From IMG/VR virus record IMGVR_UViG_3300020044_001964, positions 1 through 24,528 of that record: a DNA stretch of 24,528 nucleotides; one strand, 5' to 3'. The notes under the pieces were generated by a model. That model searched no databases and had not been told where the DNA came from. It saw only the letters and a list, made by a program, of their open reading frames with translations. The translations under genes and the position numbers were made by a program. This document shows, piece after piece, positions 23,895 through 24,528 of the stretch. Each line of letters opens with the position of its first letter. The stretch's first letter is position 1. Origin of the DNA: a virus. Lineage: Duplodnaviria; Caudoviricetes.

Positions 23895-24139
23895 TCGATG
23901 CGCCAAAGCCGGATGACACCGCCCTTCTGGGAGGCAGTAAACTTCCAGCCCGGATGCTGTCTTGCATACCGATGAGCGCGGATCCGCAGCGATGCGATCA
24001 CGCGACGGATGTCTTCCGGCGCGCAGTCCACTCGGATAGAGTCGCCGACCTGCATCTCGCCAAGCGGGATCACACCAAGGTTGACCCGACCTTTCAGGCC
24101 GTCGGGAATCGGAATGTCTTTCTCGATCTGTACGTTCAT
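23891..24139 (-). CDS. Small conserved phage protein, probable DNA-binding
   Basis: IEKDIPIP...MQVGDS...KF...GVIRLWR pattern of a common phage family; GGAGG SD; first gene of the leftward operon. Confidence 0.75.
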   Translation of the reverse strand: MNVQIEKDIPIPDGLKGRVNLGVIPLGEMQVGDSIRVDCAPEDIRRVIASLRIRAHRYARQHPGWKFTASQKGGVIRLWRIE

Positions 24140-24159
24140 GACTCATCCTCCAGATGATG

Positions 24160-24188
24160 TTGACACATTACAATTGAGTGAGTACCGT
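24160..24188 (+). promoter_or_regulatory. Rightward sigma70 promoter
   Basis: TTGACA (24160-24165), 17 bp spacer, TACCGT (24183-24188), pointing to the primase gene. Confidence 0.7.
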
Positions 24189-24193
24189 GTCAA
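24165..24193 (-). promoter_or_regulatory. Leftward sigma70 promoter
   Basis: TTGACA (24193-24188), 17 bp spacer, TAATGT (24170-24165), upstream of the GGAGG SD and ATG 24139. Confidence 0.8.
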
Positions 24194-24205
24194 TTGTTTT
24201 CTATC

Positions 24206-24298
24206 TCATGTAATCTTACATGACTAAACACTCTTACACATATATTATATATATAATTATTTAATGTAAGAGTCACTTTAATATATCAAAAGAATAAT
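24206..24298. other. Candidate replication origin/operator region
   Basis: IR TCATGTAA-TC-TTACATGA (24206-24223); IR ACTCTTACA...TGTAAGAGT (24230-24273) around an almost purely AT 26-bp spacer; next to the primase gene. Confidence 0.5.
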
Positions 24299-24528
24299 AT
24301 GATATCAAGCATCATTCTTACTTCAGAAGATAATAGAATACATTGTCCTTCATGTAGTAATGATAGAAAGAAAAGTAATAAAACAATGTCTCTTAAAAGA
24401 GATGGAGATGTTGTTATTTATTACTGCCATCATTGCGGCATCAAAGGCGCAGTGAGGAGGGATCAGACTGAGAACCATATTTCTTTGGGCATGCATTCGT
24501 CTTGGCGAGAACCGAAAAGCTTTCGGCC
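24299..24528 (+). CDS. 5' part of primase(-helicase), zinc-binding domain (T7 gp4/Twinkle-like); runs off window
   Basis: Not in ORF track: MISSIILTSEDNRIHCPSCSNDRKKSNKTMSLKRDGDVVIYYCHHCGIKG..., open to the window end; CPxC...RKK...CHHCG zinc finger. Confidence 0.8.
   Translation, partial: MISSIILTSEDNRIHCPSCSNDRKKSNKTMSLKRDGDVVIYYCHHCGIKGAVRRDQTENHISLGMHSSWREPKSFR

Larger units (their letters stand above)
1..24528. mobile_element. Tailed dsDNA phage genome segment (podovirus-type virion module plus recombination/replication module)
   Basis: Nozzle, ejection and polyvalent proteins on +; Sak3, NinB, NinG, MazG-like and exonuclease on -; dense stop/start overlaps; no host housekeeping genes. 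Free phage versus prophage cannot be decided from this window. Confidence 0.95.

Noticed and set aside
23895-24146. 84-aa N-terminal extension of the exonuclease in the ORF track
   Set aside because: Overlaps the 82-aa gene in another frame; ATGA coupling at 23894 gives the natural start.

Overview
The whole window looks like part of a tailed dsDNA phage genome with podovirus-type (P22/T7-like) gene order; no host genes, RNA genes, integrase or CRISPR array are visible. Plus strand 1-18617 is a late/virion operon: a tail-fibre C-terminus, small membrane and structural genes including a signal-peptide FN3 protein, a tail nozzle, a fibre/needle with a C1q-like tip, a 752-aa cargo protein, a GNAT-fold protein, two ejection-type proteins and a 3047-aa polyvalent protein. 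That giant protein carries a zincin HExxH peptidase, an ADP-ribosyltransferase-like domain split by a ~210-aa insert, an Ogg2/HhH glycosylase-like domain and LPD38, with a recurring R-x-S/A-x-R motif at the domain boundaries. A bidirectional terminator at ~18619-18652 separates it from a convergent minus-strand early operon (Cas4-like exonuclease, DUF1071/Sak3 annealing protein, SSB-like protein, NinG, HTH proteins, PD-(D/E)xK protein, MazG-like, DUF3310, NinB). That operon starts at a symmetric pair of overlapping divergent sigma70 promoters (24160-24193), followed by an AT-rich origin-like region and the start of a primase(-helicase) zinc finger. All family assignments come from motif recognition by eye, not from database searches.
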